Shown piece by piece: positions 1-9,451 of a stretch of 51,121 bases of DNA. The first letter of the stretch is position 1. Each line of letters opens with the position of its first letter. The position numbers and the translations under genes were made by a program. The stretch comes from Bacteroidota bacterium (GTDB lineage Bacteria > Bacteroidota > Bacteroidia > CAILMK01), in assembly GCA_026391915.1 (NCBI GenBank), contig JAPLCZ010000168.1:1-51121 (forward strand). The letters run 5' to 3'. The notes beneath the pieces were generated by a model. The model worked only from the letters and a program-made list of their open reading frames with translations. It was not told where the DNA came from and made no database searches.

Positions 1-240
1 CTTTGTTCATTGTGTAAGTTTATTTTGTTGGTAATTTAAGTAGACCGAAAAAGTTATTTCCAAATTTTTTTCTGAGCTATGAAGGGCTCAAAAAAATTTA
101 GAATAACTTTTTCTACTTACACACTTTGAGGGATAGTACCCCATACTTTATAACTTGGAATGCGGCTTACGAGTTTATAAAAACAAAAGCCCAGACTAAT
201 TACTCGGAGCTTTTGTATATAGAACTAATAGTGGTATTGC

Positions 241-1185
241 CTAATTCAACCCCACCGTATTGTACTCACTTAGCCTATGCATTTCCATCACTATTTCGCC
301 GGATTTTGAGACGCCATCTTTTACTAAAGGTACAAACTTGGCACCCCATACCGCCTCATGGTGTTTGTAAGATGAACGGGCAAAAACGGTTTGGCTAAAG
401 GAGTCATCAAATGCCTTTAGTATGATGAGAATCTCAGCATCACGCGCATCAAACTCCGCTTGGGTAATGCCATGCATGGGGCTATCTTCATCAATAGGGT
501 GCACTATAGTCCAAGAGGTTGGGAAGAAATTTATTTTCTCCCTCTCCAGTTTTAACGCTTTAAAATCGCGGGTCTTTTTTTCGTGGTCATTAATCCATGA
601 TAAAACCACTTGCACCTCCACCTCTATCAGTTGGCTTTTGCGGGCATTCGCCATCCTAAACATAAGGCCATTAATATCCCTATACGGCGCAATGAGGAGG
701 TTTTTACTATACACCAAGCTTGCTTTTGGGCGGCTGAATTTGCCATAAAGCAAACCCGTGGCAAGGGCAAAACCCAGTAAGCCCGTCATGGATTCTATGG
801 CAGCAATGGTATTGGCGGCAATGCCACTTGGGTGTATGTAGCCATAGCCCACAGTGGTTATGGTTTGTGCGCTAAAGAAAAATGCTTCCCAAAAATGCTC
901 AGTAAAACTTTCGCCTTTATGGCCTGCGAGGCCCTCCATATCCACCCCCATATATAGCAGGGCAAAAATGATATTTGCCACCACATAAAACAGCAGCACA
1001 TACATAATAAACTTACTCCACCGCATAGTAATAAGGGTGTGGTAAATGCTGAGGCTCTCCCAAAAACCAAGTCCCTCACGGGTTATGTTAAAACTGCCAT
1101 CACGGTTAATGAAACGGGCATTTTTATCTTGTGCTTTGGTGCCCAGCCCTAAATCTGCAAATTCTTGTTCTTTCTTTTTTGCCAT
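241..1185 (-). CDS. Inward-rectifier (KirBac-type) potassium channel
   Basis: Two TM helices flank FFFSAQTITTVGYG (K+ filter TxGYG), followed by the Kir cytoplasmic domain (KFSRP, WTIVHPIDEDSP). The start is moved from ORF-track 1242 to ATG 1185 (MAKKKEQ). Confidence 0.92.
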   Translation of the reverse strand: MAKKKEQEFADLGLGTKAQDKNARFINRDGSFNITREGLGFWESLSIYHTLITMRWSKFIMYVLLFYVVANIIFALLYMGVDMEGLAGHKGESFTEHFWEAFFFSAQTITTVGYGYIHPSGIAANTIAAIESMTGLLGFALATGLLYGKFSRPKASLVYSKNLLIAPYRDINGLMFRMANARKSQLIEVEVQVVLSWINDHEKKTRDFKALKLEREKINFFPTSWTIVHPIDEDSPMHGITQAEFDARDAEILIILKAFDDSFSQTVFARSSYKHHEAVWGAKFVPLVKDGVSKSGEIVMEMHRLSEYNTVGLN

Positions 1186-1296
1186 AGTGGGGGCAAAAAT
1201 AGGGGTTATAATACAGCTTCGTCTAAACAAACAAAGCAGCACCGCTTTCCGCAGTGCTGCTTCATCTTATGAAAATTATCCAAAAATTACATGGTT

Positions 1297-2256
1297 TCAG
1301 TTTTTAACAATCCTGCCGGTTTGCATTTTTTCTCCGTTGCTGCACTGCAAAATATAGATGCCATTTTTAAGGGTAGAAATATCCATTTGCAAATCATTGG
1401 CCTCAACCTTTTGGCTTAGCATCAATTTACCTTGCACATCAAAAAGGCTTACGTTATACGAGGTATTATCCTGTGGTAAGGCAACATTTAAATTGCCAGA
1501 ACATGGGTTTGGGTAGAATTTGAATTCATTATTTTGTACAGCAACATCTTCTACGGCTGTAGTTGTTTCGTATTCAAAATTGGTGTTATAAGCATCATTA
1601 TATGCACCTGCAGCATATTGCTGTAGTTTGATATCTGTTAACTGCCCGGTGGTATTGTAGGTAAAAACCTCTCTGGTTGATTTCACCCATTTACCTGCAC
1701 TCCAAATAACATTTTCTTTATAAGCAACTCTGGCTTTAAGGTCATAGCTATAGTACTTTTGATTGCTGTTGGTATATGTTTTACCATTATAATTGGCAAG
1801 CACTTCTCTTATAAGTTTACCAGTATTGTCATAGACATTACTATCAATGTAAGATGGATTCCAGGTGCTGCTAGACCATAAATCAATCTTTTTAAAAGAG
1901 ACCCTTCCTGCAGTGTTGTAGGAGATAGTGGTTCTTTGAGAGTTATTCCATTTCCCAAAAATCCAAGTATATCTTATCACTTGGGTAAGTCTAGTATTGG
2001 TGTAAATAAAGGTGTCTCTCCCGGATAACTCAAAGGTTATATTCTTCTTTTCTTTGGTTATTACAGAACGAATGGATTTATCTGTGTTAAACGCCGGGGA
2101 ATTTTGGGTGGCTGTTTCCCAAATGCTTCCATCCCATTTTTGTGTATAAAATTTCTGAAATTTAGTTGGCCATCCCGGTGCTATCTGCGCATTTGCATTA
2201 AAAAAGAATAATGCACTCATGCAACTTATTAGTAAAAGATTTTTAGTGTGTCTCAT
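1297..2256 (-). CDS. T9SS type-A sorting domain protein, Trp/Tyr-rich beta-repeat passenger (paralogue 1)
   Basis: Sec signal (..ANAQ), repeated Y-x-Y/W-x-x-x-x-W segments, and a CTD FYPNP..LxxGIYIL..RIVKN. Ends in TGA. Confidence 0.9.
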   Translation of the reverse strand: MRHTKNLLLISCMSALFFFNANAQIAPGWPTKFQKFYTQKWDGSIWETATQNSPAFNTDKSIRSVITKEKKNITFELSGRDTFIYTNTRLTQVIRYTWIFGKWNNSQRTTISYNTAGRVSFKKIDLWSSSTWNPSYIDSNVYDNTGKLIREVLANYNGKTYTNSNQKYYSYDLKARVAYKENVIWSAGKWVKSTREVFTYNTTGQLTDIKLQQYAAGAYNDAYNTNFEYETTTAVEDVAVQNNEFKFYPNPCSGNLNVALPQDNTSYNVSLFDVQGKLMLSQKVEANDLQMDISTLKNGIYILQCSNGEKMQTGRIVKN

Positions 2257-2287
2257 CGCTTTTGTGTTAGTTATGTTTGTTATTGAT

Positions 2288-2347
2288 ACAAAACTAAAAC
2301 TAACGCCTAAGCATTTTTGGGCATAACCTTAAAATGTCTTACACCCG
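2288..2347 (-). promoter_or_regulatory. Bacteroidota -7 box (TAGTTTTG) plus upstream CGGGTGTAAG motif
   Basis: Plus-strand acaaaactaa at 2288 and cttacacccg at 2338. The same pair with identical 50-bp spacing occurs at 3417/3467. Confidence 0.55.
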
Positions 2348-2360
2348 TAAGTAGCAAAAA

Positions 2361-2399
2361 TCTGAGGCTGCTTAAAGTTATTATTTAGGCAGCCTCAGA
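2361..2399 (-). terminator. Hairpin terminator of 2410-3378
   Basis: tctgaggctgc...gcagcctcaga inverted repeat, preceded on + by an A-run (U-tail on the minus strand). Confidence 0.7.
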
Positions 2400-2409
2400 A
2401 AGAGGTGGA

Positions 2410-3378
2410 TTATCTTTTTATGATGGTTTTTCTATAGTCTTCCAGCCCGTTAGAGCATCTTAGTAAATATATTCCACTATTTAAACCGGATAAATCAAAC
2501 TGATTATTGTCTGTATTTGCAGGCTTGCTAATTATTAGTTTGCCTGATAAATCAAAAATACTGATAATAAAACCTTGATTGCTTGCATTTTTTGGCAGCG
2601 AGATATTCACCAATTCAGAAAAAGGATTGGGGAATAATTGCAATTCTGAGGATAAAATAGAGGTTTCTTCAATGTCTGTAAAGGTGGCATCATACTCAAA
2701 CATAATTCTGGATGCATCATTAAAAGAGCCTAAAGAATAGAGCTGTTCTTTAATATCAGTAAGCTGCCCTTTAGCGTTATAAACATAAGCGTATCTGCTT
2801 ATAGTCTCCCATTTGCCTGCCGTAAAGGTTTTAACCTCATCAAACGTAAGTCTTGATTTCGTGTCAAATGAATATGAATGCTGGGTGCTATTAACATAGG
2901 CTTTGCCATTGTAATCTGCCTTAACAGTTCTGATAAGTTTCCCTTTACCATCATAGAAATTGCTATCAATGGATGATGGTTCCCATCCACCTTTTACCCA
3001 TTTATAAGTTTTAACAACTGGGGTTCTTCTATAAATATCATAAACGTACTCTGTGCGGTAGTTACTATTCCATTTGCCCAAAACCCAGGCATACCTAATT
3101 CTTTGGAAAGTAACAGGAGATGGATAAACAAAAGTATCCTTAAATGAATTAGAGAAAGAGTTATTCTTTTTCTCTTTTGATAAAACAGAACGAGGGGTAT
3201 TGTTGGTATTAAACGCAGCGGAATTTAAACTAAATGTATCCCACTGGCTTCCATTTCAGCGCTGCTCATAATACTTTTTAAATTTGGTTGGCCAGCCTGG
3301 AGCCAGTTGTGCTTTGCTGCTAAAGCAAACAATAAAGGTTAAGAAGGATGTAAAAAGAATGTTAGTAACGTTTTTCAT
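2410..3378 (-). pseudogene. T9SS cargo paralogue 2 with a single in-frame TGA at codon 41 (pseudogene or UGA-Trp readthrough gene)
   Basis: Manual translation from ATG 3378: MKNVTNILFTSFLTFIVCFSSKAQLAPGWPTKFKKYYEQR*NGSQWDT..., then in frame into ORF-track 2410..3081. It is colinear with 1297-2256, where residue 41 is W. No frameshift seen. Confidence 0.88.
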
Positions 3379-3416
3379 AATAATTGAATAAATAAGAATA
3401 AATAAATTTTATAGGG

Positions 3417-3476
3417 ACAAAACTAAGCCATATACCAATGCACTTTTTTCTGAAAAGCTTTAAACCCTTACACCCG
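3417..3476 (-). promoter_or_regulatory. Bacteroidota -7 box plus upstream CGGGTGTAAG motif
   Basis: acaaaactaa at 3417 and cttacacccg at 3467, the same architecture as 2288-2347. Confidence 0.55.
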
Positions 3477-3569
3477 CAAATTAAAAAATGTGTGAGGGCA
3501 TTTTTTAGATTAAATCTATGAACCCTGATTTTTTAAGTAGACTTGCATTTTTTGATATTGCTTTAAAAC

Positions 3570-3605
3570 AAAAAACCCCTGCCATTAGGTAGCAGGGGTC
3601 TTTTT
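3570..3605 (-). terminator. Rho-independent terminator of 3625-4608
   Basis: acccctgc/gcaggggt stem flanked by A- and T-runs. Confidence 0.75.
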
Positions 3606-3624
3606 ATACTAAATTTTCAAATGT

Positions 3625-4608
3625 TCATTTCTTAATAATTCTGCGGCTAAAACTATTTGTTTCATTGGTGCACTGTAAAAGGTAAACTCCGTTTTGAAAG
3701 GATGAAATATCCAGTAAAGCGGTTCTCTCTGCCTCAGTTTTGTACTCCATTACTCTTTTTCCTTGCATATCGTATAAAGAAATACTGTAATTGTTCCCTC
3801 CCTCTGGTAAAATAACTGAAAGCTTATCTGTGCATGGGTTTGGATAAATCTTTATCTCCAAGGCATTCGTGTTAGATATTGCCATAGAAGTTACCGTTGC
3901 CTCATATTCAAAAATGTTTCTACTTAGGTCAATATATAGTGTACCAGCTATAGCTTGTTTTTTTATTTCGGAAACTAAATATCTAGAGTCATATTTATAT
4001 ACATCTCTATAGGTAAGCACCCATGCACCTGATGTCCAAGTATAAATTTCTTTATAATTAATACTGCTATTGGTATTGTAAGAATAAAGGTATTTAGAAT
4101 TATAGACATATTTGCTATTGATATAAGTTGCATGAATTACAGAAGAAAGCCTTCCTAATTTATCAAAGGAGCTTGAGTCAACGTATGAAGGAGTCCATTT
4201 GCTGCTTGCCCACTGCTCTGTAGTTTGATATAATAATAGATTAGAAGTTGAGTTATAAGTATAGGTAGTTCTGCGGTCATTTACCCATTTACCAAATACC
4301 CATGTTTGGGAAATATCCTGAGATATTTTACCAGAAGGATCACTAGTAAAATAAAGGAAGCTGTCTTTAGTATAATTGGTATAAGTGGTGTCTTGCTTTT
4401 TAAGTGTGAGGATTGAACGCAATGTTTTATCAGCGTTATAGGAAGCAAGATTATTATTTACAGTGTCCCATTTTGCACCGTCCCAGGTTTGGCCATAGTA
4501 GTTTTTGAATTTGGCCGGCAAACCTTGTTGCATTTGTGCGTTGATGCTACTTATAGTAATAAGCAACATAAAACCAATCAGCCCGATTGAGTTCATTTGT
4601 CTTTTCAT
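3625..4608 (-). CDS. T9SS type-A sorting domain protein (paralogue 3)
   Basis: Signal peptide; GLPAKFKNYYGQTWDG is homologous to paralogues 1 and 2; CTD IYPNP..GVYLL..RIIKK. Ends in TGA. Confidence 0.9.
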   Translation of the reverse strand: MKRQMNSIGLIGFMLLITISSINAQMQQGLPAKFKNYYGQTWDGAKWDTVNNNLASYNADKTLRSILTLKKQDTTYTNYTKDSFLYFTSDPSGKISQDISQTWVFGKWVNDRRTTYTYNSTSNLLLYQTTEQWASSKWTPSYVDSSSFDKLGRLSSVIHATYINSKYVYNSKYLYSYNTNSSINYKEIYTWTSGAWVLTYRDVYKYDSRYLVSEIKKQAIAGTLYIDLSRNIFEYEATVTSMAISNTNALEIKIYPNPCTDKLSVILPEGGNNYSISLYDMQGKRVMEYKTEAERTALLDISSFQNGVYLLQCTNETNSFSRRIIKK

Positions 4609-4702
4609 CTCTTTAATTTTTTAATTGTCATTGTGGTTGATTAGGGCGTTTTATGCCCATCTGACAAAACTAAAGAGGTGAGAGTTTAATATAAACCCTA
4701 AT

Positions 4703-5470
4703 TTACTCCAAATCTAACTCTAAATAAATGGGGCAATGGTCGGAGTGAAAGGCATCATTATTAATACTAGCCGAGGTGATTTTATCTTTTAAATTATTAC
4801 TCACCATGTGGTAGTCAATACGCCATCCTTTGTTAGTAGCACGTGAATTAAAGCGCAAACTCCACCAAGAATATTTTTGCACTTCTGGGTTTTTGAATCG
4901 GAAACTATCCGTAAAACCTAAGGCGATAAAGTCCGTAAGCCAAGCCCTCTCAATTGGTAAAAATCCTGAGTTTTTCTTATTTCTTACAGGGTCATGGATA
5001 TCTATCTCTTCATGGCTGATATTATAGTCGCCGGAGATAATAAGTTTGGGGCGGCTTTTCAATAATTCTCTAATATAGCCCAAAAAATAATGGTTAAATT
5101 CCATCTTAAACTCCTGCCTCTCTTCGCCTGATGAGCCGGAAGGCATATACACACTTATAATGGAGGCATCCCCAAAATCTGCCGTTATCACCCTGCCTTC
5201 CAAATCATATTCTTTGTTTCCGCAGCCTATCACCACATTATCAGGTTGCTTTTTGCTGAAGATAGCAACCCCACTATAACCCTTCTTCTCTGCCGAAAAC
5301 CAATAACAATCATAACCTAAACTGGCATAGCCTAGCATATCAAACTGTCCGGTTTGGGCTTTTAGTTCTTGTAGGCAAATAACATCGGGGTTTTCTGCCT
5401 CCAGCCATTGCAGAAAGTTTTTATTCATGGCAGCACGGATTCCGTTTACGTTGTAGGAGATAATCTTCAT
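4703..5470 (-). CDS. xth: Exodeoxyribonuclease III
   Basis: SYNVNGIRA, LQELK, GYSGVA, GDYNISH, WRIDY and SDHCP motifs. Confidence 0.96.
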   Translation of the reverse strand: MKIISYNVNGIRAAMNKNFLQWLEAENPDVICLQELKAQTGQFDMLGYASLGYDCYWFSAEKKGYSGVAIFSKKQPDNVVIGCGNKEYDLEGRVITADFGDASIISVYMPSGSSGEERQEFKMEFNHYFLGYIRELLKSRPKLIISGDYNISHEEIDIHDPVRNKKNSGFLPIERAWLTDFIALGFTDSFRFKNPEVQKYSWWSLRFNSRATNKGWRIDYHMVSNNLKDKITSASINNDAFHSDHCPIYLELDLE

Positions 5471-5541
5471 GAGGTTTTATTTTCTGCAAAGTTGATTTAT
5501 CTATTAATCATTCTTAGTATTGCAGCTAAATTATTTTTATT

Positions 5542-6066
5542 ATGAATGAACTCTTAGGAATTGGCAGCCGTGTGCGCCATACAGATTTTGGCGAAGGGGT
5601 GGTGATTAATGTTTCCTCCGCCACTTATTTAATTACTTTTATGAAGGGCGGCAAGAAAGAAATTTCCCATAACTATTCCCTTGAAATTATTGATGCAGAA
5701 GATGCAGCCGATGACCTCATAAGCCTGTACGATATTGAACGCAGCCTCACACGCGTTTTGCAGAAGTGGGGTGAAATAGGAGAGATAGTGCCTCTTGGGC
5801 AAAAATGGATTGGTGGCAAAATGGTATTGCAACCCGCCTCCAATGATTTGAAAGGAAAAGAAATACCTATTGATATTTTCTTCCATAAAATTGTGATGAT
5901 ACGGGATAGGATGCGCACCCTTGAGCAGCGTGTGAATGCCAGCGCACTTACTGATGAGGAGAAAGTGAGCATACAACAATACATCACCAAATGCTATGGC
6001 AGCCTTACCTCTTTTAATGTTCTCTTCAAACGGCCTGAGGATTATTTTAGTGGGGAAGGGGCTTAG
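5542..6066 (+). CDS. Conserved Bacteroidota hypothetical protein (N-terminal SH3/Tudor-like GSRVRHTDFGEGVV)
   Basis: Long ORF with an A-rich start context and a FFHKIVMIRDR...YITKCYGSLTSFN helical C-terminus. Function unknown. Confidence 0.8.
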   Translation: MNELLGIGSRVRHTDFGEGVVINVSSATYLITFMKGGKKEISHNYSLEIIDAEDAADDLISLYDIERSLTRVLQKWGEIGEIVPLGQKWIGGKMVLQPASNDLKGKEIPIDIFFHKIVMIRDRMRTLEQRVNASALTDEEKVSIQQYITKCYGSLTSFNVLFKRPEDYFSGEGA

Positions 6067-6205
6067 ATTAAAGCTAAGGTTTTAGAGTATAAGGTAAAAT
6101 TTATCATCCCTTATTCCACCTTTATCAATAATCTCTTTCAAAAATTTGGATTTTAAATTAAAGCCTTAGCTTTGCTACTCATTCACTAAACACAATAACA
6201 AAACT

Positions 6206-6391
6206 ATGTTAGTATTTGACATGATGAACGGAACTGAGATTGATATGAGTACTTACTCTTTTCAATCAAAGTTTGTGGCATTGCCAGAGGTAAAAGCAGA
6301 AAGGCATATTGAACTCAACGAAGCTGAGATTATTGCCAAACGCGATTTAAGTTTGCTAAAGGCAAAAGCTACTGAAGACTTAAAGAAATAG
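6206..6391 (+). CDS. Small hypothetical protein (61 aa)
   Basis: Own -7 box TAGCTTTG at 6167-6174 with TTTG at 6145-6148, A-rich leader (aacaaaactATG), and it fills the intergenic gap. Confidence 0.65.
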   Translation: MLVFDMMNGTEIDMSTYSFQSKFVALPEVKAERHIELNEAEIIAKRDLSLLKAKATEDLKK

Positions 6392-6419
6392 TTTCTTTAG
6401 TCATTAGTAATAAGAGTAT

Positions 6420-6465
6420 ATCGCCACGGATTTACAGATTAATTAATCTGTAAATCCGTGGCGAT
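6420..6465. repeat. 46-bp perfect palindrome (REP-like)
   Basis: atcgccacggatttacagattaa|ttaatctgtaaatccgtggcgat is self-complementary. Confidence 0.85.
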
Positions 6466-6535
6466 TTTTTTTACATACTTCCGCTTACGCACTCCTGCCA
6501 ACTGTTCTACCTTTGCTTCTTTAAAAAATCATTTT

Positions 6536-8668
6536 ATGAAATCTAAGCTGATAATATTTGCAGCGCTTTTAGGTGCTGCCCTCTTTGCATTTAAACCAAT
6601 ACCTGATGCCAAACTAAAATACCCAACCACCAAAAAGGTGGATACAGTGGATACCTATTTTGGGACTAAAGTCCCAGACCCCTATCGCTGGTTGGAGAAT
6701 GATTTATCTGACGATGTAAAGGCATGGGTAAAGGCAGAGAATGAAGTTACCAATGCCTACCTATCTCAGATTCCGTATAGGGATAAAATAAGAAAGAGGC
6801 TGGAAGAAGTCTGGAACTACCCCCGCTTTACTGCGCCTTACCGCAAAGGGAAAAACTATTTCTACTTTAAGAATAACGGCCTCCAAAACCAAAGCGTGAT
6901 GTATATGGAAGAAGGCGGCGTAAATGATAAAGGCAAAGTATTGCTGGATCCCAACAAACTTTCCACCGATGGCACTGTGTCTTTGGGCGGACAATCTTTC
7001 TCTAAAGATGGGCGATACATGGCATATTCCATCAACAGAAGTGGGAGTGACTGGCAAGAAATATATGTATTGGAAGTTGCCACAGGCAGGCGCACCAAAG
7101 ACTCTTTACGCTGGGTAAAATTCAGTGGGATGGCTTGGAAGGGCAATGGTTTTTACTATAGCCGCTATGAAGAACCAACAGGCAGTGACCTCTCCTCCCA
7201 AAACAAAAACCAAAAGATTTATTACCACGAATTAGGCAAAACACAATTGATGGATGCGTTGGTTTTTGAAGACAAAGACCACCCCTCTATCAGCTACGGG
7301 GCAGGTACTACTGATGATGAAAGATTTCTATTATTGTACGGGAATGAAGGCGCAGCAAGTGGCAATAGCCTCTACTTTCTTGATTTGGATAATCAAGATA
7401 AATCAACCAAAGCAAAGAAGATATTTGAAGGATACGCCAACAACTATAGCATAGTAGATAATGTAGGCGACAAATTCCTATTGCAGACAGATAAAAACGC
7501 ACCCAAATATCAATTAGTAATGATTGACCCCAACCACCCCGAAGAGGCAAACTGGAAAACCATCATCCCAGAAAACAAAAAGAATGTGTTGGAAGGTGTG
7601 GGCATGGCAGGCGGAAAATTATTTGCCACCTATATGCAGGATGCCAGCAAACACGAATATCAATATGATATGAATGGGAAGTTGGAGAGAGAAATTGCAT
7701 TGCCCTCTTTAGGCAGTGTGGGTGGCTTTGCAGGTGAGAAAGACGACAAAGATTTGTACTATACTTTCACATCATTCACCTACCCTACAACCGTGTTTAG
7801 GTATAATGTTGCCACTGGGGTTTCAACCTCTGTGTTTAAGCCTGAGGTAAAATTTAATCCTGATGATTATGTAACCAAACAGGTATTTTACACCAGTAAA
7901 GACGGCACTAAAGTGCCCATGTTTATAGTCCATAAAAAGGGATTGAAACTGGATGGCAATAACCCCACTTACCTATATGCTTATGGCGGATTTAATATCT
8001 CCCTTAACCCATCTTTTTCTGTAACCCGATTGGTGCTTTTGGAGAACGGAGGCGTATTCGCCATGCCTAACCTGAGGGGCGGCGGTGAGTACGGCGAAGA
8101 CTGGCACAAAGGCGGGATGATTTTCAACAAACAAAATGTGTTTAATGACTTTATTGCTGCCGGGGAATACCTCATCAAAGAGAAATATACAAGCACCAAA
8201 AAGCTTGCTGTGGCAGGTGGTTCTAATGGTGGTTTGCTGATTGGTGCCTGCATGAATCAACGCCCCGATTTATACCGCGTCTGTTTCCCTGCTGTTGGGG
8301 TGATGGATATGTTGCGCTACCATAAATTCACTATAGGTTATGCATGGACATCGGAATATGGCAGCAGTGATAACGAAGCCCAGTTTAAATACATCTATAA
8401 ATACTCACCAGTGCATAATGTAAAGGCGGTAAACTACCCCGCCACTATGGTAACCACCGCTGACCATGATGACCGCGTGGTGCCTGCCCACTCCTTTAAG
8501 TTCATAGCAAATCTGCAAGAAAAACAAAAGGGAGATAACCCCGTGCTGATACGCATTGATAGCAAAGCGGGGCATGGCGCCGGCAAACCCACCGCCAAGC
8601 AGATAGATGAATGGGCGGATATCTGGAGTTTTATGTTCTACAATATGGGCATCACCCCCAAATACTAA
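6536..8668 (+). CDS. Prolyl oligopeptidase (S9A), secreted
   Basis: VPDPYRWLE, beta-propeller, GGSNGG nucleophile, DDRV and GHGAG. True start MKSKLII at 6536, downstream of TACCTTTG (6508-6515). Confidence 0.96.
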   Translation: MKSKLIIFAALLGAALFAFKPIPDAKLKYPTTKKVDTVDTYFGTKVPDPYRWLENDLSDDVKAWVKAENEVTNAYLSQIPYRDKIRKRLEEVWNYPRFTAPYRKGKNYFYFKNNGLQNQSVMYMEEGGVNDKGKVLLDPNKLSTDGTVSLGGQSFSKDGRYMAYSINRSGSDWQEIYVLEVATGRRTKDSLRWVKFSGMAWKGNGFYYSRYEEPTGSDLSSQNKNQKIYYHELGKTQLMDALVFEDKDHPSISYGAGTTDDERFLLLYGNEGAASGNSLYFLDLDNQDKSTKAKKIFEGYANNYSIVDNVGDKFLLQTDKNAPKYQLVMIDPNHPEEANWKTIIPENKKNVLEGVGMAGGKLFATYMQDASKHEYQYDMNGKLEREIALPSLGSVGGFAGEKDDKDLYYTFTSFTYPTTVFRYNVATGVSTSVFKPEVKFNPDDYVTKQVFYTSKDGTKVPMFIVHKKGLKLDGNNPTYLYAYGGFNISLNPSFSVTRLVLLENGGVFAMPNLRGGGEYGEDWHKGGMIFNKQNVFNDFIAAGEYLIKEKYTSTKKLAVAGGSNGGLLIGACMNQRPDLYRVCFPAVGVMDMLRYHKFTIGYAWTSEYGSSDNEAQFKYIYKYSPVHNVKAVNYPATMVTTADHDDRVVPAHSFKFIANLQEKQKGDNPVLIRIDSKAGHGAGKPTAKQIDEWADIWSFMFYNMGITPKY

Positions 8669-8677
8669 AGCCAGAAT

Positions 8678-8818
8678 ATGAAGATAATATTATTCTTCGT
8701 TGCTAATACTACTGAGCCACCGCCGGATATGTGGCGCTATAATATTGTACTTATTGTGATATTAATGGTGCTATCTGTATGGATTATGAACCGCCTTACC
8801 CGCAAAAAGAAAGACTAA
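8678..8818 (+). CDS. Small single-pass membrane protein (46 aa), absent from the ORF track
   Basis: MKIILFFVANTTEPPPDMWRYNIVLIVILMVLSVWIMNRLTRKKKD*: a hydrophobic helix plus basic tail. It exactly fills the gap between 8668 and 8822. Confidence 0.6.
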   Translation: MKIILFFVANTTEPPPDMWRYNIVLIVILMVLSVWIMNRLTRKKKD

Positions 8819-8821
8819 TAA

Positions 8822-9427
8822 ATGTTCAGCGTATCCCTGAAAAACATAGGCAAAAAGTTTAACCATAGCTGGGCTTTCAGGCGGCTGGACTATGAATTTA
8901 CAGGAGAGAATAACTACGCCATCCTTGGGAATAACGGCAGCGGTAAATCCACTTTGCTGCAAATGATTTCCGGCTTTTTATCCAGTACTGAGGGGGATAT
9001 TTTTTATACTAAAGATGGCAAAACAATCCCGCCTGATGAAGTCTTTAACCACCTAAGTATGGCAAGCCCCTTTATGGAATTGCCAGAGGAGCTCACCTTT
9101 GCAGAGGTGCTGCGGTTTCATGCTAAATTTAAGAAGCCATTGGTTGATTTAAACCTTATACCCGCCAAAGCACAACTGGCAAAGGAGGCAGATAAGGAGC
9201 TGAAACATTACTCAAGCGGGATGAAACAAAGGGTGAAACTGAGCCTTGCCCTTTTCTTTGCCAGCGATATGATTTTATTGGATGAGCCTACCTCTCACCT
9301 TGATGAAAACGGCGCTAACTGGTATAACCAAACCCTTGCAGAATACTCCCAAAACCGCCTTTTGATTATTGCCTCCAATGAACCCGAGGAGTATAGGATT
9401 TGCGGGGAGTTTTTGAAACTTAATTAA
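8822..9427 (+). CDS. ABC transporter ATP-binding protein (stand-alone)
   Basis: Walker A GNNGSGKST, signature YSSGMKQR, Walker B ILLDE. Confidence 0.92.
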   Translation: MFSVSLKNIGKKFNHSWAFRRLDYEFTGENNYAILGNNGSGKSTLLQMISGFLSSTEGDIFYTKDGKTIPPDEVFNHLSMASPFMELPEELTFAEVLRFHAKFKKPLVDLNLIPAKAQLAKEADKELKHYSSGMKQRVKLSLALFFASDMILLDEPTSHLDENGANWYNQTLAEYSQNRLLIIASNEPEEYRICGEFLKLN

Positions 9428-9451
9428 TAGTTTGAAGTTCATAATTTGAAA

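Noticed and set aside
3067-3072. Obligate TGGAAT>TGAAAT conversion (fully systematic error or editing)
   Set aside because: Unconverted TGG-AAT codon pairs exist, for example here in the same gene, near 1947 and near 15744.
2410-3081. ORF-track start at TTG 3081
   Set aside because: It lacks a signal peptide; the gene extends in frame to ATG 3378 across the TGA.
8822-9427. ccmA call for the ABC ATPase
   Set aside because: Similar size, but no ccmB/ccmC nearby and no diagnostic feature.
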